Source of the DNA: Candidatus Nomurabacteria bacterium RIFCSPLOWO2_01_FULL_41_18
Lineage (GTDB): Bacteria; Patescibacteriota; Minisyncoccia; Phycocordibacterales; UBA9973
Reading direction: 5' to 3'
Assembly: GCA_001785865.1 (NCBI GenBank)
Contig: MFUZ01000006.1
Span: 111,307 to 175,306, forward strand
DNA: 64,000 nucleotides
The notes under the pieces are model-generated. The model was not told the DNA's origin. It searched no databases and saw only the letters and a program-made list of their open reading frames with translations. Within the stretch, counting starts at the first letter, position 1. The number at the start of each line of letters is the position of its first letter. Shown here piece by piece: positions 16,978 through 26,828 of this stretch. A program made the translations under genes and the position numbers.

Positions 16978-18561
16978 CTATTCAAATTCCGTAGTTGCTG
17001 GAGGTTTTGGGGTCATATCAAAAAATACACGCACGATGTCTTTGTGTTTTGTGAGAGCGCTAGTGATTTCATTTATTATTTCTTCTGGAAAGTAATAGCT
17101 TTTGGCAGTCATGAAGTCTACCGTTTGTACAGCGCGCACAGCTAGAGAGTGGCCATAAACTCTTTCATCCCCTTTTACTCCCACGGAATTGATGCCGATA
17201 AGGGCGACTATGAGTTGAGAAATATCTTTTGTGATTTTGTGTTTCTTTAAAATATCAGAAACTGTTTTGTCCGCTTCTCGCACCAGCGTGATGTTTTCTT
17301 TTGATACTGGCGTGCCGACAATTCGCAAATATAATCCTGGGCCAGGAAAAGGATTGCGTTCGTATATCGCAGGCGGAAGCTTGAGCGTGCGTGCCAGCTC
17401 CCTCACTTCGTATTTGAATAAATTTCGGAAAGGATGAAGGTCTTCTACTTTCCATAAGAGCCCCACATTGTGATGTGTCTTGATCATAGCAGACTCCCCT
17501 ATTTTTCCACTTTCAATTATGTCGGTCGCGAGTGTGCCCTGCACGATAAACCCGGCATTATATTTTGCTATCTGTTCTTCAAAAATTTTCTTGTATACTT
17601 CCCGGAACCTTGCTCTCTTTTCTTCCCCATCGATGGTAGTACTGACATTTTTTATAAATTCATCACCGGCGTCTATGACTGTAAAATTCTTAAGTCCGTT
17701 TTTTCCGAGAGCGCTCCCGGTATTTGCTTTTAATTCTGAAAGTTCTCCTGCTCGGAGCCCCCCTGTGTCGATTGCGACGCATATGAGCCTGTCTTTGAGA
17801 ACTGGAGCGAGAATAGCAGCTAGGGTGGTGGAGTCTACTCCGCCGGAAACGCCTAGAATCACTTTTTGTTTAATCACCTCACCCTTTTTCCCTCTCCTGT
17901 CAGGAGAGGGTTTGGGAGAGGTTACAATATCCAAAACTTCTTTTTGAATTTCACGGATTAAGTCTTCCGGATTCCAGTCTTTTTTACAGCCGGAAATTTT
18001 TAAGAAATTCTGCAACATTTTTTTGCCTTCCTTGGTGTCAGCAACCTCGGGATGAAATTGAATACCGAGGACTCGATTTGTCTTGTCGCTCATCGCGGCT
18101 ATTCCTCCCGAGACGGCAATAGACCGGAATCCTTTTGGAAGCTTGGAAACTGTATCTCCGTGGCTTGCCCAGACTTCTGTTTTTTCTTTTACACCACTGA
18201 AAAGTGGGTGTGTTGTGTCTAATGTAACAACAGCTGGTCCATATTCGCGATGGTCATGAGGTCTCGCTACCTTGCCTCCTTGTTTGTGCGCGAGGAGCTG
18301 CATTCCGTAACAGACTCCCAGGATAAAATATTTTTTACCGGTAATGTCGAGAGATTTAGGAAGTTCCGGAGCTCCTTCATTGTGCACGCTCCAATTGCTA
18401 CCGGAGAGAATAACTGTTTTTGGATCATTTTCTTTGAGCCACTGGTCCACTTTTTTAGGAGGTAGTATCAGGCTTCTCACTCCGAGCTCGCGCAAACTCC
18501 TCCCGATGACTAGTGTGTACTGAGAGCCGTAATCCACGATAAGTATTTGTATGTCCTTCAT
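16978..18561 (-). CDS. guaA: GMP synthase (glutamine-hydrolysing). Start is probably MKDIQILIVDYGSQYT at 18561.
   Basis: GATase class I domain, ATP-PPase domain (SGGVDS) and a C-terminal dimerisation domain ending ...PPATTEFE. Confidence 0.9.
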   Translation of the reverse strand: MKDIQILIVDYGSQYTLVIGRSLRELGVRSLILPPKKVDQWLKENDPKTVILSGSNWSVHNEGAPELPKSLDITGKKYFILGVCYGMQLLAHKQGGKVARPHDHREYGPAVVTLDTTHPLFSGVKEKTEVWASHGDTVSKLPKGFRSIAVSGGIAAMSDKTNRVLGIQFHPEVADTKEGKKMLQNFLKISGCKKDWNPEDLIREIQKEVLDIVTSPKPSPDRRGKKGEVIKQKVILGVSGGVDSTTLAAILAPVLKDRLICVAIDTGGLRAGELSELKANTGSALGKNGLKNFTVIDAGDEFIKNVSTTIDGEEKRARFREVYKKIFEEQIAKYNAGFIVQGTLATDIIESGKIGESAMIKTHHNVGLLWKVEDLHPFRNLFKYEVRELARTLKLPPAIYERNPFPGPGLYLRIVGTPVSKENITLVREADKTVSDILKKHKITKDISQLIVALIGINSVGVKGDERVYGHSLAVRAVQTVDFMTAKSYYFPEEIINEITSALTKHKDIVRVFFDMTPKPPATTEFE

Positions 18562-18588
18562 AATATGTGTTAGTATACACGATATATT

Positions 18589-20100
18589 ATGCAAAAGACA
18601 AAGGTGAAAGCGCAAAGAAAAATAAGGGGCGAAGACAGGGAAAATTTTGAGGAAGGCCTTACCTATGATGATGTGCTCTTAGTTCCCCAATATTCAGAGG
18701 TTCTGCCTCGCGATGTTAATATCTCTTCTCACCTAACTAAAAAAATAAAGCTTAATGTGCCCATCATTTCGGCTGCTATGGATACTGTCACTGAGGCATC
18801 TATGGCCATAGCTATGGCGCAAGAAGGCGGGATAGGGATTATTCACAAGAATATGAGTATTGAAAAACAATCGGCTGAAATCCGTAAAGTAAAACGTTCA
18901 GAGAGCGGTATGATTCACGATCCGATAACTCTTACTGAAAAAGCTTTACTCAAAGAAGCTCTTGCCATTATGCAAGAAAATAAAATTGGTGGTATACCGA
19001 TAGTTGATAAAAACAAGAAACTTTTGGGAATTATTACCAATCGTGATTTACGATTTCAAAAAAATCTAGAACTTCCTGTTTCTGAAATAATGACTAAAGT
19101 AAATTTGATAACTGCCAGTATCGGCACAAATTTGGTTGAAGCCGAGAAAATACTTACAAAATATAAAGTTGAAAAATTACCGTTGGTGGACAAACAGAAC
19201 AAGCTGATCGGCCTCATCACCTACAAAGATATCATGAAAGTAAAGTCGCGTCCGAATTCCTGTCGAGATAGCCTTGGGCGTCTGCGAGTGGGAGCTGCGG
19301 TCGGAGTCGCTTCTGATACAATCGAGAAAGTCGGCATGCTCGCTCAAAACGGCGTCGATGCGGTAGTCATCGATACTGCCCACGGCCATTCGAAAGGAGT
19401 GATCGAAATGCTTAAAAAAATCAAAAAGGAATTTCCAAAACTTGAGGTTATTGTTGGCAATATCGCGACTCCCGAAGCAGCACGGGACCTCATCAAAGCT
19501 GGCGCTGATGCGATAAAAGTAGGTATCGGCCCAGGTTCTATCTGTACCACTCGTATAATCGCTGGAGTCGGTTTTCCTCAATTTTCTGCTGTCTACGAGG
19601 TCGCCCAGGGGATCAAAGGCTCCGGAGTGCCTATTATTGCCGATGGTGGTATCCGACACACTGGAGACATCCCAAAGGCTCTAGCGGCTGGTGCGAGCGC
19701 AATCATGGCAGGTTCTCTTTTTGCTGGAGTGGAAGAATCCCCTGGTGAGACAATAATTTTAGACGCTAGGAAATACAAGACATATCGTGGCATGGGTTCT
19801 ATCGAGGCCATGCAGCTCGGATCCAAGGACAGATATTTCCAGGATGCCGAAGACAATATCAAAAAGCTTGTGCCAGAAGGAATTGTCGGCCGGGTCTCTT
19901 TCAAGGGCGGGCTGTCGGAAGTGATCTATCAGCTGGTGGGAGGGCTGCGAGCCGGAATGGGATACTGCGGAGCAAAAGATATTGCGACTCTACAGAAAAA
20001 AGCAAAATTTGTTCGCATCACCCACTCTGGAATCGAGGAGAGCCATCCGCATGATGTGATAATTACAAAAGAAGCTCCAAACTATACCCTGGGAGAATAA
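18589..20100 (+). CDS. guaB: IMP dehydrogenase with tandem CBS domains.
   Basis: IMPDH catalytic loop ([11 protein letters not shown]) and a CBS pair. Confidence 0.9.
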   Translation: MQKTKVKAQRKIRGEDRENFEEGLTYDDVLLVPQYSEVLPRDVNISSHLTKKIKLNVPIISAAMDTVTEASMAIAMAQEGGIGIIHKNMSIEKQSAEIRKVKRSESGMIHDPITLTEKALLKEALAIMQENKIGGIPIVDKNKKLLGIITNRDLRFQKNLELPVSEIMTKVNLITASIGTNLVEAEKILTKYKVEKLPLVDKQNKLIGLITYKDIMKVKSRPNSCRDSLGRLRVGAAVGVASDTIEKVGMLAQNGVDAVVIDTAHGHSKGVIEMLKKIKKEFPKLEVIVGNIATPEAARDLIKAGADAIKVGIGPGSICTTRIIAGVGFPQFSAVYEVAQGIKGSGVPIIADGGIRHTGDIPKALAAGASAIMAGSLFAGVEESPGETIILDARKYKTYRGMGSIEAMQLGSKDRYFQDAEDNIKKLVPEGIVGRVSFKGGLSEVIYQLVGGLRAGMGYCGAKDIATLQKKAKFVRITHSGIEESHPHDVIITKEAPNYTLGE

Positions 20101-20112
20101 GAGAGAATAGAT

Positions 20113-21498
20113 ATGGCAAAAAAAATTTCTAAAAGGAAAAAAGTTTACCCGCCGATGAGGCGGGGCTTTATTGATGTGGTAGTCGGCCTGCAATGGGGTG
20201 ATGAAGGAAAAGGTAAAAATATAGACGCACTTCTTTCTAGCGGAAACTATTCTGCTGTTGCACGCTTTCAAGGCGGAGCAAATGCCGGACATACTATAAA
20301 ATTTAATGGTAAAACTTTTATAGGGCACATCGTGCCTTCTGGATGCCTTCATAAAAATATAGAGCTAAACATTGGCAATGGTGTCGTAGTCGATGTCGTA
20401 TCTTTGATCAAAGAAATGCGGGAGCTCAAAGATTTGGGTTTTGATATTACAAAAAGACTTTACATTTCAAATAGAGCAAAGCTAGTATCCTATCTGCATC
20501 CATTCATAGATCAAGCTGATGAGTACATGAGAAATAAATCCAAAAATAAATCTATAAGTAAAATAGGCACCACTTCGAGGGGCATAGGGCCAGCTTATAG
20601 CGACATAAGAGCGCGCAGGGGGCTTCTCTTAGGCGATGTGTTGTTGCCAGATTTTAAAGAAAAAGAGAAATCCCTTTCAGAATTCCATATGAATATTTTA
20701 AATATGTATAAAGAAAAATATGGCTTTGAGATTCCTGAAGAAAAAATAAAAGAAGCCAAAGTAAAATGGCAGAGTGATCTTAAGGAAATCAAAAAACTCC
20801 AGATTTGCGACTTGTCATTTTTAATACAACAAAGATTGAAAGCTGGAAAGAATATTTTGGCTGAAGGCGCACAGGCTGCCATGCTGGATATTGATTTTGG
20901 AGATTATCCGAATGTGACGAGCAGTAATACCCTGCCCGCAAACCTCTGCCTAGGGCTTGGCGTGCCTCATACAGCTATTCGGGACGTGTATGGCGTGATC
21001 AAGGCTTATACTACAAAAGTAGGAGGCGGTAACTTTCCTTCTAGAATCCAAGACCCAGAATTAGAGAAACTTTTCCAGAGCGCAGGTCATGAGTTTGGAG
21101 CAACGACCGGCAGGCCCAGGATGTGCGGATGGCTGGATTTGTTTGCACTTCGTCATGCTATAGGTCTATCTGGCGTAAATAAGATTTTCATAAACAAAGC
21201 AGATATTTGTTTGAGTGATAAAGTAAAAGTAGTAATTGGATACAAAACACAAGAAAAAAATAGTAAGAAAGTTTTGAAAGAATTTCCACTTTATTTGAGT
21301 GAAATCGCAGATGTTGTTACAGAAGAAATATCAGGTTGGGGAAATAAAAATTTTGGAGTTAGTGAAAAGAAAAAAGTTTCCAAAGAACTCAAATCATATT
21401 TAAACTACATAACCAAAAAACTTTCCGACTTAAACGTAAAAATCATATCGGTCGGCACCGGTCCAGACCGTGATCACTTTTTTGAGTGGGAGAAATAG
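20113..21498 (+). CDS. purA: Adenylosuccinate synthetase.
   Basis: GLQWGDEGKGK P-loop and other PurA motifs. Confidence 0.9.
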   Translation: MAKKISKRKKVYPPMRRGFIDVVVGLQWGDEGKGKNIDALLSSGNYSAVARFQGGANAGHTIKFNGKTFIGHIVPSGCLHKNIELNIGNGVVVDVVSLIKEMRELKDLGFDITKRLYISNRAKLVSYLHPFIDQADEYMRNKSKNKSISKIGTTSRGIGPAYSDIRARRGLLLGDVLLPDFKEKEKSLSEFHMNILNMYKEKYGFEIPEEKIKEAKVKWQSDLKEIKKLQICDLSFLIQQRLKAGKNILAEGAQAAMLDIDFGDYPNVTSSNTLPANLCLGLGVPHTAIRDVYGVIKAYTTKVGGGNFPSRIQDPELEKLFQSAGHEFGATTGRPRMCGWLDLFALRHAIGLSGVNKIFINKADICLSDKVKVVIGYKTQEKNSKKVLKEFPLYLSEIADVVTEEISGWGNKNFGVSEKKKVSKELKSYLNYITKKLSDLNVKIISVGTGPDRDHFFEWEK

Positions 21499-21524
21499 GC
21501 TTATTTAACTCACGACGCACAACC

Positions 21525-21553
21525 TTTACAATGATAATACAATATGTTATAAT
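21525..21553 (+). promoter_or_regulatory. Candidate sigma70 promoter (TTTACA, 17-nt spacer, TATAAT) upstream of the TetR gene.
   Basis: tttaca at 21525-21530, a 17-nt spacer, and tataat at 21548-21553. Confidence 0.4.
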
Positions 21554-21625
21554 TTATGTGTGCTACAAAGATTTTGTAGATTGTCAACAAAATACACAGA
21601 ATATCAACAACGAAAGGGCAATACA

Positions 21626-22288
21626 GTGAAATCAATAAAAAAACAGCTGACTGGAAGAGAGGTGGTCTTGGGCGCGGCGCATGAACTAATCTTAAGAGAT
21701 GGACTCAAAAGTCTTGACATTAAGGAGTTAGCGGCTCGATCCAAAATGACACGAGCTAATATTTATCTGATCTTTGGATCAGAGCCAAGATCTGTTATTT
21801 ATGAATCCATTATTGGGGAATTTCTTCAGAGAGCGCAGAACTCAATAACTACTGCTCTCATAACAAGTCCGCCCAATTTTAACAATGTTGAAAAACTTGC
21901 TTCTATTCTTCGGGTCACTCTGCATTTTTTTCACGAGAACCCGCAGCCAGGAAAAGTGGTGCTTTTGTGGTTGGATATGAGCCACTCGGCCTATCGACCA
22001 ATCCGGCAGATTTTCAAACACATTGATCATGTCGTCGATCAAGCCATCAAGAAGGATGAAATTATCGTCGGTTTCTCCTCTGTTCAAATACGGCAAATTC
22101 TTTTCGCGGTTATGTATGGATTACTCCGTGCATTTTACCTTGAAGAAGAGCAGATAGGAGTAAGGATTAAAAAGGAGGTAATGCAGACATTTGTCCACCG
22201 AGGAGTACTGCAGGTTCTAAGCGGGTTGTGCTCAGCTCATACTCGTGCTCAGATCGACGAACAAATTAATGCGTTACCAGCATCGTAA
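21626..22288 (+). CDS. TetR/AcrR-family transcriptional regulator. A GTG start at 21626 is proposed because the track start at 21560 falls inside the promoter.
   Basis: N-terminal HTH 'VVLGAAHELILRDGLKSLDIKELAARSKMTRANIYLIFGS'. An AAAGGG RBS lies 8 nt upstream of the GTG. Confidence 0.65.
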   Translation: MKSIKKQLTGREVVLGAAHELILRDGLKSLDIKELAARSKMTRANIYLIFGSEPRSVIYESIIGEFLQRAQNSITTALITSPPNFNNVEKLASILRVTLHFFHENPQPGKVVLLWLDMSHSAYRPIRQIFKHIDHVVDQAIKKDEIIVGFSSVQIRQILFAVMYGLLRAFYLEEEQIGVRIKKEVMQTFVHRGVLQVLSGLCSAHTRAQIDEQINALPAS

Positions 22289-22621
22289 TAATAAAAACAA
22301 CATCACCAAAGTAATCGCGACTTCCTTAGAAATCGTCGCATCGGGGCTCGGGCACATCACCCGGGCCTTTTCATTTTATAAACTTACACCATGTTGATAA
22401 TTTCAGCATATGCATATATTACCAACAATTAATGGGTAAACTTGCATTATTTTACACCAGGAGCATAAATAATATGATATGAAAACCATAGAGATACCCA
22501 AATGGCAGATGGATGGGTTTCTGCGTTGGGTTCGATGGTGGGCGGCGAAACGGCGCACATCCCAAAAACGCTGTGTGCGTTTGCATCGTTGGTGATGCTC
22601 AAAGGCATCATGTTGGTCACG

Positions 22622-22650
22622 GAGTCGCTGAGGAATTAGCGACTCCCTTT
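22622..22650 (+). terminator. Rho-independent terminator on the plus strand.
   Basis: gagtcgct-gaggaatt-agcgactc forms a perfect 8-bp stem, followed by cctttttatttt. Confidence 0.5.
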
Positions 22651-23937
22651 TTATTTTAGTGCTGACTTTCCTATATCTTTTCTGTATTGCATTCCCTCAA
22701 AAGAAATTTTTTCAATAGCCTTGTAAGCTTTTTTGATAGCTTCTTTTAAAGTATTTCCAATAGCCGAAACTCCTAGCACTCGTCCTCCATTTGTGACAAA
22801 TTTATTATTTTCGATTTTTGTGCCGGCATGAAAAATGACTATGTCACCACCCCCTCCCCCCTCCTCAATGAGGATGGGGTTCCCCTTTTCATAATTTCCC
22901 GGGTATCCGCCAGAGACAAGCACTACGTTGCATGCAAAAATATCTTTCTTCCAAATTATATTTAAACTCGAAAGTTTACCATCAACACAAGCATCGATAA
23001 TATCAAGTAAATCTGAATTAAGGAGGCGCATATAAACTTCTGCCTCTGGATCTCCAAACCTAGCGTTGTATTCCAAAATTTTAGGTCCGTCTTTAGTTAA
23101 TATTAATCCTGGATATAAAATCCCTTCAAATGGTGTTCCATCGTCTGCCATTCCTTTCAAAGTCGGAGCGACAATTTCTTTCTCTATTCTATTCATCACC
23201 TCTTTATCTACAAATGGTAGTGGAGCTATAGTACCGATGCCTCCAGTATTAGGGCCTGTGTCCCCTTCACCTATCTTTTTATGGTCTTGCGAAGCTGGAA
23301 ACATTTTATAACTTTTACCATCTGAAAATGCATGGATAGAAATTTCAGGACCCGTCATAAATTCCTCTATAACTACTTCTTCACCTGAAGTGCCGAAAAT
23401 TTTCTTTACCATTATTTTTTCAAGTGCTTGAGTAGCTTCTTCTTTTGTTTGAGCGATAATTACGCCCTTCCCTAACGCCAATCCGCTTGCTTTGATGACT
23501 ATCGGCAAAGATTCCTTTTCTAAATATTTTTTTGCTTTTTCAAAATTAGTAAATATTTCAAATTTTGCGGTCGGCAGGTGGTGACGACGCATAAAATCTT
23601 TAGAAAATGCCTTTGACCATTCAAGTTGCGCTGCTCTCTTTGTCGGACCCCAAACTCGTAAACCTGCTTTTTTAAATTCATCCACCATGCCGAGCGCCAA
23701 AGGATCATCAGAAACTACAAGTGCAAGGTCTATTTTTTCTTTTTTAGTAAATTCCAAAAGTTTAGGAATGTCTGTCTCTTTTATATCCAAATTAGTTCCC
23801 AGCTGTGCCGTTCCAGCATTACCCCTCGCAAAAAATAATTCTCCAGCCCTCGGCGATTGAGCTATCTTCCACCCAATAGCATGTTCTCGTCCCCCTCCTG
23901 CCCCGATTATTAAAATTTTCAATTTTTCTTCAGACAT
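22651..23937 (-). CDS. purD: Phosphoribosylamine--glycine ligase.
   Basis: ATP-grasp GARS architecture (ILIIGAGGGREHAIGW...). Confidence 0.9.
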   Translation of the reverse strand: MSEEKLKILIIGAGGGREHAIGWKIAQSPRAGELFFARGNAGTAQLGTNLDIKETDIPKLLEFTKKEKIDLALVVSDDPLALGMVDEFKKAGLRVWGPTKRAAQLEWSKAFSKDFMRRHHLPTAKFEIFTNFEKAKKYLEKESLPIVIKASGLALGKGVIIAQTKEEATQALEKIMVKKIFGTSGEEVVIEEFMTGPEISIHAFSDGKSYKMFPASQDHKKIGEGDTGPNTGGIGTIAPLPFVDKEVMNRIEKEIVAPTLKGMADDGTPFEGILYPGLILTKDGPKILEYNARFGDPEAEVYMRLLNSDLLDIIDACVDGKLSSLNIIWKKDIFACNVVLVSGGYPGNYEKGNPILIEEGGGGGDIVIFHAGTKIENNKFVTNGGRVLGVSAIGNTLKEAIKKAYKAIEKISFEGMQYRKDIGKSALK

Positions 23938-24565
23938 TTTTAGTTAATTCCTTTAAAACATCGACATAAAGTTCATTTTCTTTTTTCTTTAATCTTGCAT
24001 ATAGAGATTCAACGTTGTCATTTTCTTCAATTTTCACAAAAGTTCTTCCTAAAACGGGCCCAAAATCAAAATTTAATGTTAGGAAATGAATACTCGAGCC
24101 GGCATAGCTCGCTTTTTCTTCCAGGAATTTTGCCACAGCTTTGGTGGTCAGCATCCCTTTGTTCCAGAGGGCTGATGTGCCGTCAGGATTCTCAACAGTT
24201 CCATTAATTGTATCTGGAATCAGTCCGGGGTGCAGATTTAAAATTTTATTTGGAAATGCTAGGATTACTTCATCTAAAATAATTTGTTTCCAACCAGCTA
24301 GGCAAATATAGTCGGTGTTTAGCGTTTGCAAAAGTGACAGTAAAGCTTCTTTTGTCGGGCATATTTCTACTTTCAAATTATGTTTTCTGGCACGCTCTAA
24401 ACCCAAGGCATCGTCTTTATCCGAAATGACTGCGCAAATTTCTGCGTTGATTTTTCTTTCCCGAATTACATCGATTATAGCTTGAAGGTTTGTGCCAGTA
24501 CCAGCATTTGAAATAAGGATCGCGACCTTAAGTTTATTCGTCTGGTTATTCTTTCGGAACATCAT
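23930..24565 (-). CDS. purN: Phosphoribosylglycinamide formyltransferase.
   Basis: KVAILISNAGTGTNLQAII plus the formyltransferase fold. Confidence 0.85.
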   Translation of the reverse strand: MMFRKNNQTNKLKVAILISNAGTGTNLQAIIDVIRERKINAEICAVISDKDDALGLERARKHNLKVEICPTKEALLSLLQTLNTDYICLAGWKQIILDEVILAFPNKILNLHPGLIPDTINGTVENPDGTSALWNKGMLTTKAVAKFLEEKASYAGSSIHFLTLNFDFGPVLGRTFVKIEENDNVESLYARLKKKENELYVDVLKELTKNV

Positions 24566-25952
24566 AATTTACTTCATTTTTGCGTTCTTTTAAATCAATA
24601 GGATAAATGCCAGTAAAACATGATGTGGATAGGTGCTCTTTCGGCAGTCCTATCGATTTGATCATTCCCTCCATAGAAAGATAGTGGAGTGACGTCGCCC
24701 CCATATATTCGCGGGTTTCTTCTATAGTTTTGCTAGCCGCTATCAGTTCTTCTTGTTTCGGAGTGTCCATGCCGTAAAAATCTGGGAAGCGCACCGGTGG
24801 AGAAGAAATAATAAGGTGCACTTCTTTTGCACCAGACTTGAAAAGGTTTTCGACTAACCTTCTGCATGTATTCCCCCTCACTATAGAGTCATCAATGACA
24901 GCTATTTTTTTTCCTTTTAGAACCGAAGGAAGGGCTATGAGCTTGAGCGCCACACTATGCCGGCGAGATTTTTGGTCGGGCTCGATGAAGGTCCTGTGGA
25001 CGTAGCGGTTTTTTACTAAACCCATCTCGATAGGAATTCCAGACGCTTGGCTGAATCCAAATGCGACAGGGAGCGCGGTGTCAGGCACGGGCACTATGAA
25101 ATCGACTTTTCCTTTAAATTCTTTAGCTAAAACTTTTCCGAAATTTTTCCTGACATCGTATATCAGTTTGCCATTCAGCACTGAATCCGGACGAGCAAAA
25201 TAAACGTATTCAAATATGTCGTAATTCGGGATCGATTTGGTGAGCTGGATGCTTTTCATTCCGTTATTGTTTACCACTATCATCTCCCCTGGTCTTATAT
25301 CTCTTTCAAATATGGCGCCGATTGTAGTGAGAGCGCATGACTCTGAAGCGATGACATAGGCATTGTCCAGCCTGCCCAAAGCAAGCGGGCGCATCCCGTA
25401 TGCGTCGCGCACGGCCACCAAATTGTCCTTATCCATCATCACCAGAGAAAATGCTCCAGTAATTAGAGGAAATATTTTTTCTACAGATTTTGGAAGTGAG
25501 TTGCCCTCTTTGATATATACATTGATCGCATCACTGATGAGTTCTGAATCGATGCGATTTTTACGTAAAGCTTTTTTTGAGGACAAAAATTCTTCGAGAG
25601 ATTTGACGCTTGGCAAATTTCCATTGTGAGCAAGGGTAAAAGTGATCTCTTTTTTTGTCATATTCAATACTGGCTGGGCGTGATCGAGAGCTTTGCCACC
25701 GGAAGTCGAATATCTGTTGTGTCCGATGCCGATATGTCCTTTTAGGTCCGATATATCCTTTTCTTTATAGACCTGAGCCACTAGTCCTGCGCCTTTGTGG
25801 CTAAAAAGTTTTTTGCCATCACTTGTAGTAATTCCAGAAGCTTCTTGTCCTCTGTGTTGTAGTGCAAATAAACTAAAAAAAGCCAATTTTGAAACTGGCA
25901 AATTTTTACCGTATATTCCTACGATTCCGCATTTTTCTCTAAGCTCACTCAT
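24546..25952 (-). CDS. purF: Amidophosphoribosyltransferase.
   Basis: N-terminal Cys after Met (MSELREKCGIVGIYG), followed by Ntn amidotransferase and PRTase domains. Confidence 0.9.
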   Translation of the reverse strand: MSELREKCGIVGIYGKNLPVSKLAFFSLFALQHRGQEASGITTSDGKKLFSHKGAGLVAQVYKEKDISDLKGHIGIGHNRYSTSGGKALDHAQPVLNMTKKEITFTLAHNGNLPSVKSLEEFLSSKKALRKNRIDSELISDAINVYIKEGNSLPKSVEKIFPLITGAFSLVMMDKDNLVAVRDAYGMRPLALGRLDNAYVIASESCALTTIGAIFERDIRPGEMIVVNNNGMKSIQLTKSIPNYDIFEYVYFARPDSVLNGKLIYDVRKNFGKVLAKEFKGKVDFIVPVPDTALPVAFGFSQASGIPIEMGLVKNRYVHRTFIEPDQKSRRHSVALKLIALPSVLKGKKIAVIDDSIVRGNTCRRLVENLFKSGAKEVHLIISSPPVRFPDFYGMDTPKQEELIAASKTIEETREYMGATSLHYLSMEGMIKSIGLPKEHLSTSCFTGIYPIDLKERKNEVNYDVPKE

Positions 25953-26785
25953 AATGTTTTTCCGCCCGAGGCGGATCCGCCTTTGGCGGAGAAATATTTA
26001 ACTGCGTTTTTAAAAATTTTTAAACCAGCTCCCTCTTTTGATATTTTTTTATTTTTTTGCCCGTCCCGTAGGAAACTTGTTTTCGTATGGGACCACATCG
26101 GACTCTGGTGTGAAAACATTGCTCGCTCAGGATGTGGCATCATTCCAAGAACTCTCCCATTATAAGCTAAAACCCCCGCAATGTCATGTTCTGAACCATT
26201 TGGATTGTATTCTAAATTTTGGAAATTACAAATTTCTCCTTTTGTATAACGAAGAGCTATTTCTACCTCGTCGGCTTTTACATATTTCCCCTCCCCATGA
26301 GCAATAGGAAGAGAAATCTTTTTTATTCCAGAAAGCCAAGGAGATCGCCCCACAATTTCCAAGTCCACCCATCTGTCTATATATTGCCCATTTTTGTTAT
26401 ACGTAAGTGCTCCGGGTAAGACTCCCAAATTGGTCATAATTTGGAATCCATTACAAATGCCTATAGCGAGGGTGTCGCGCGATAAAAATTCTGTGAGTTC
26501 TTTTGCTAAATGATTTTTGAATTTATTAGCATAAGCTTTTCCGCTTCCTGTATCATCGCCATAAGAAAATCCTCCCGGAAAAACTAGAATTTGGTAATCC
26601 AAAAGCATTTTTGGCTTAGCTATCAAGTCATTGATATGTACAATATCTGCAGACCCACCCACAGACTCAAAAGCGAATTTAGTTTCTTCTTCGCAGTTCA
26701 ACCCATATCCTGACATTATTATAATCCGAGGCTTTGTAGCCGAAGGTATTGAGCTATGTGAATGTATTGGCTTTTTGTTTTTCAT
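25949..26785 (-). CDS. purQ: Phosphoribosylformylglycinamidine synthase, glutaminase subunit (PurQ-like).
   Basis: Class I GATase with the Cys nucleophile (AIGICNGFQ) and HPE triad (MMPHPER). Confidence 0.8.
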   Translation of the reverse strand: MKNKKPIHSHSSIPSATKPRIIIMSGYGLNCEEETKFAFESVGGSADIVHINDLIAKPKMLLDYQILVFPGGFSYGDDTGSGKAYANKFKNHLAKELTEFLSRDTLAIGICNGFQIMTNLGVLPGALTYNKNGQYIDRWVDLEIVGRSPWLSGIKKISLPIAHGEGKYVKADEVEIALRYTKGEICNFQNLEYNPNGSEHDIAGVLAYNGRVLGMMPHPERAMFSHQSPMWSHTKTSFLRDGQKNKKISKEGAGLKIFKNAVKYFSAKGGSASGGKTL

Positions 26786-26828
26786 GATTTTTACTTATAT
26801 TTCTGCGATAGCGGAGTTATAAGTATTT

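Noticed and set aside
21560-21625. Track start at 21560 (GTG) for the TetR gene.
   Set aside because: This start lies immediately after the predicted -10 box. A downstream GTG at 21626 with an AAAGGG RBS gives a typical TetR N-terminus. N-terminal extensions in the track for purM, guaA, dnaX and the YvcK-like gene were trimmed for the same reason.
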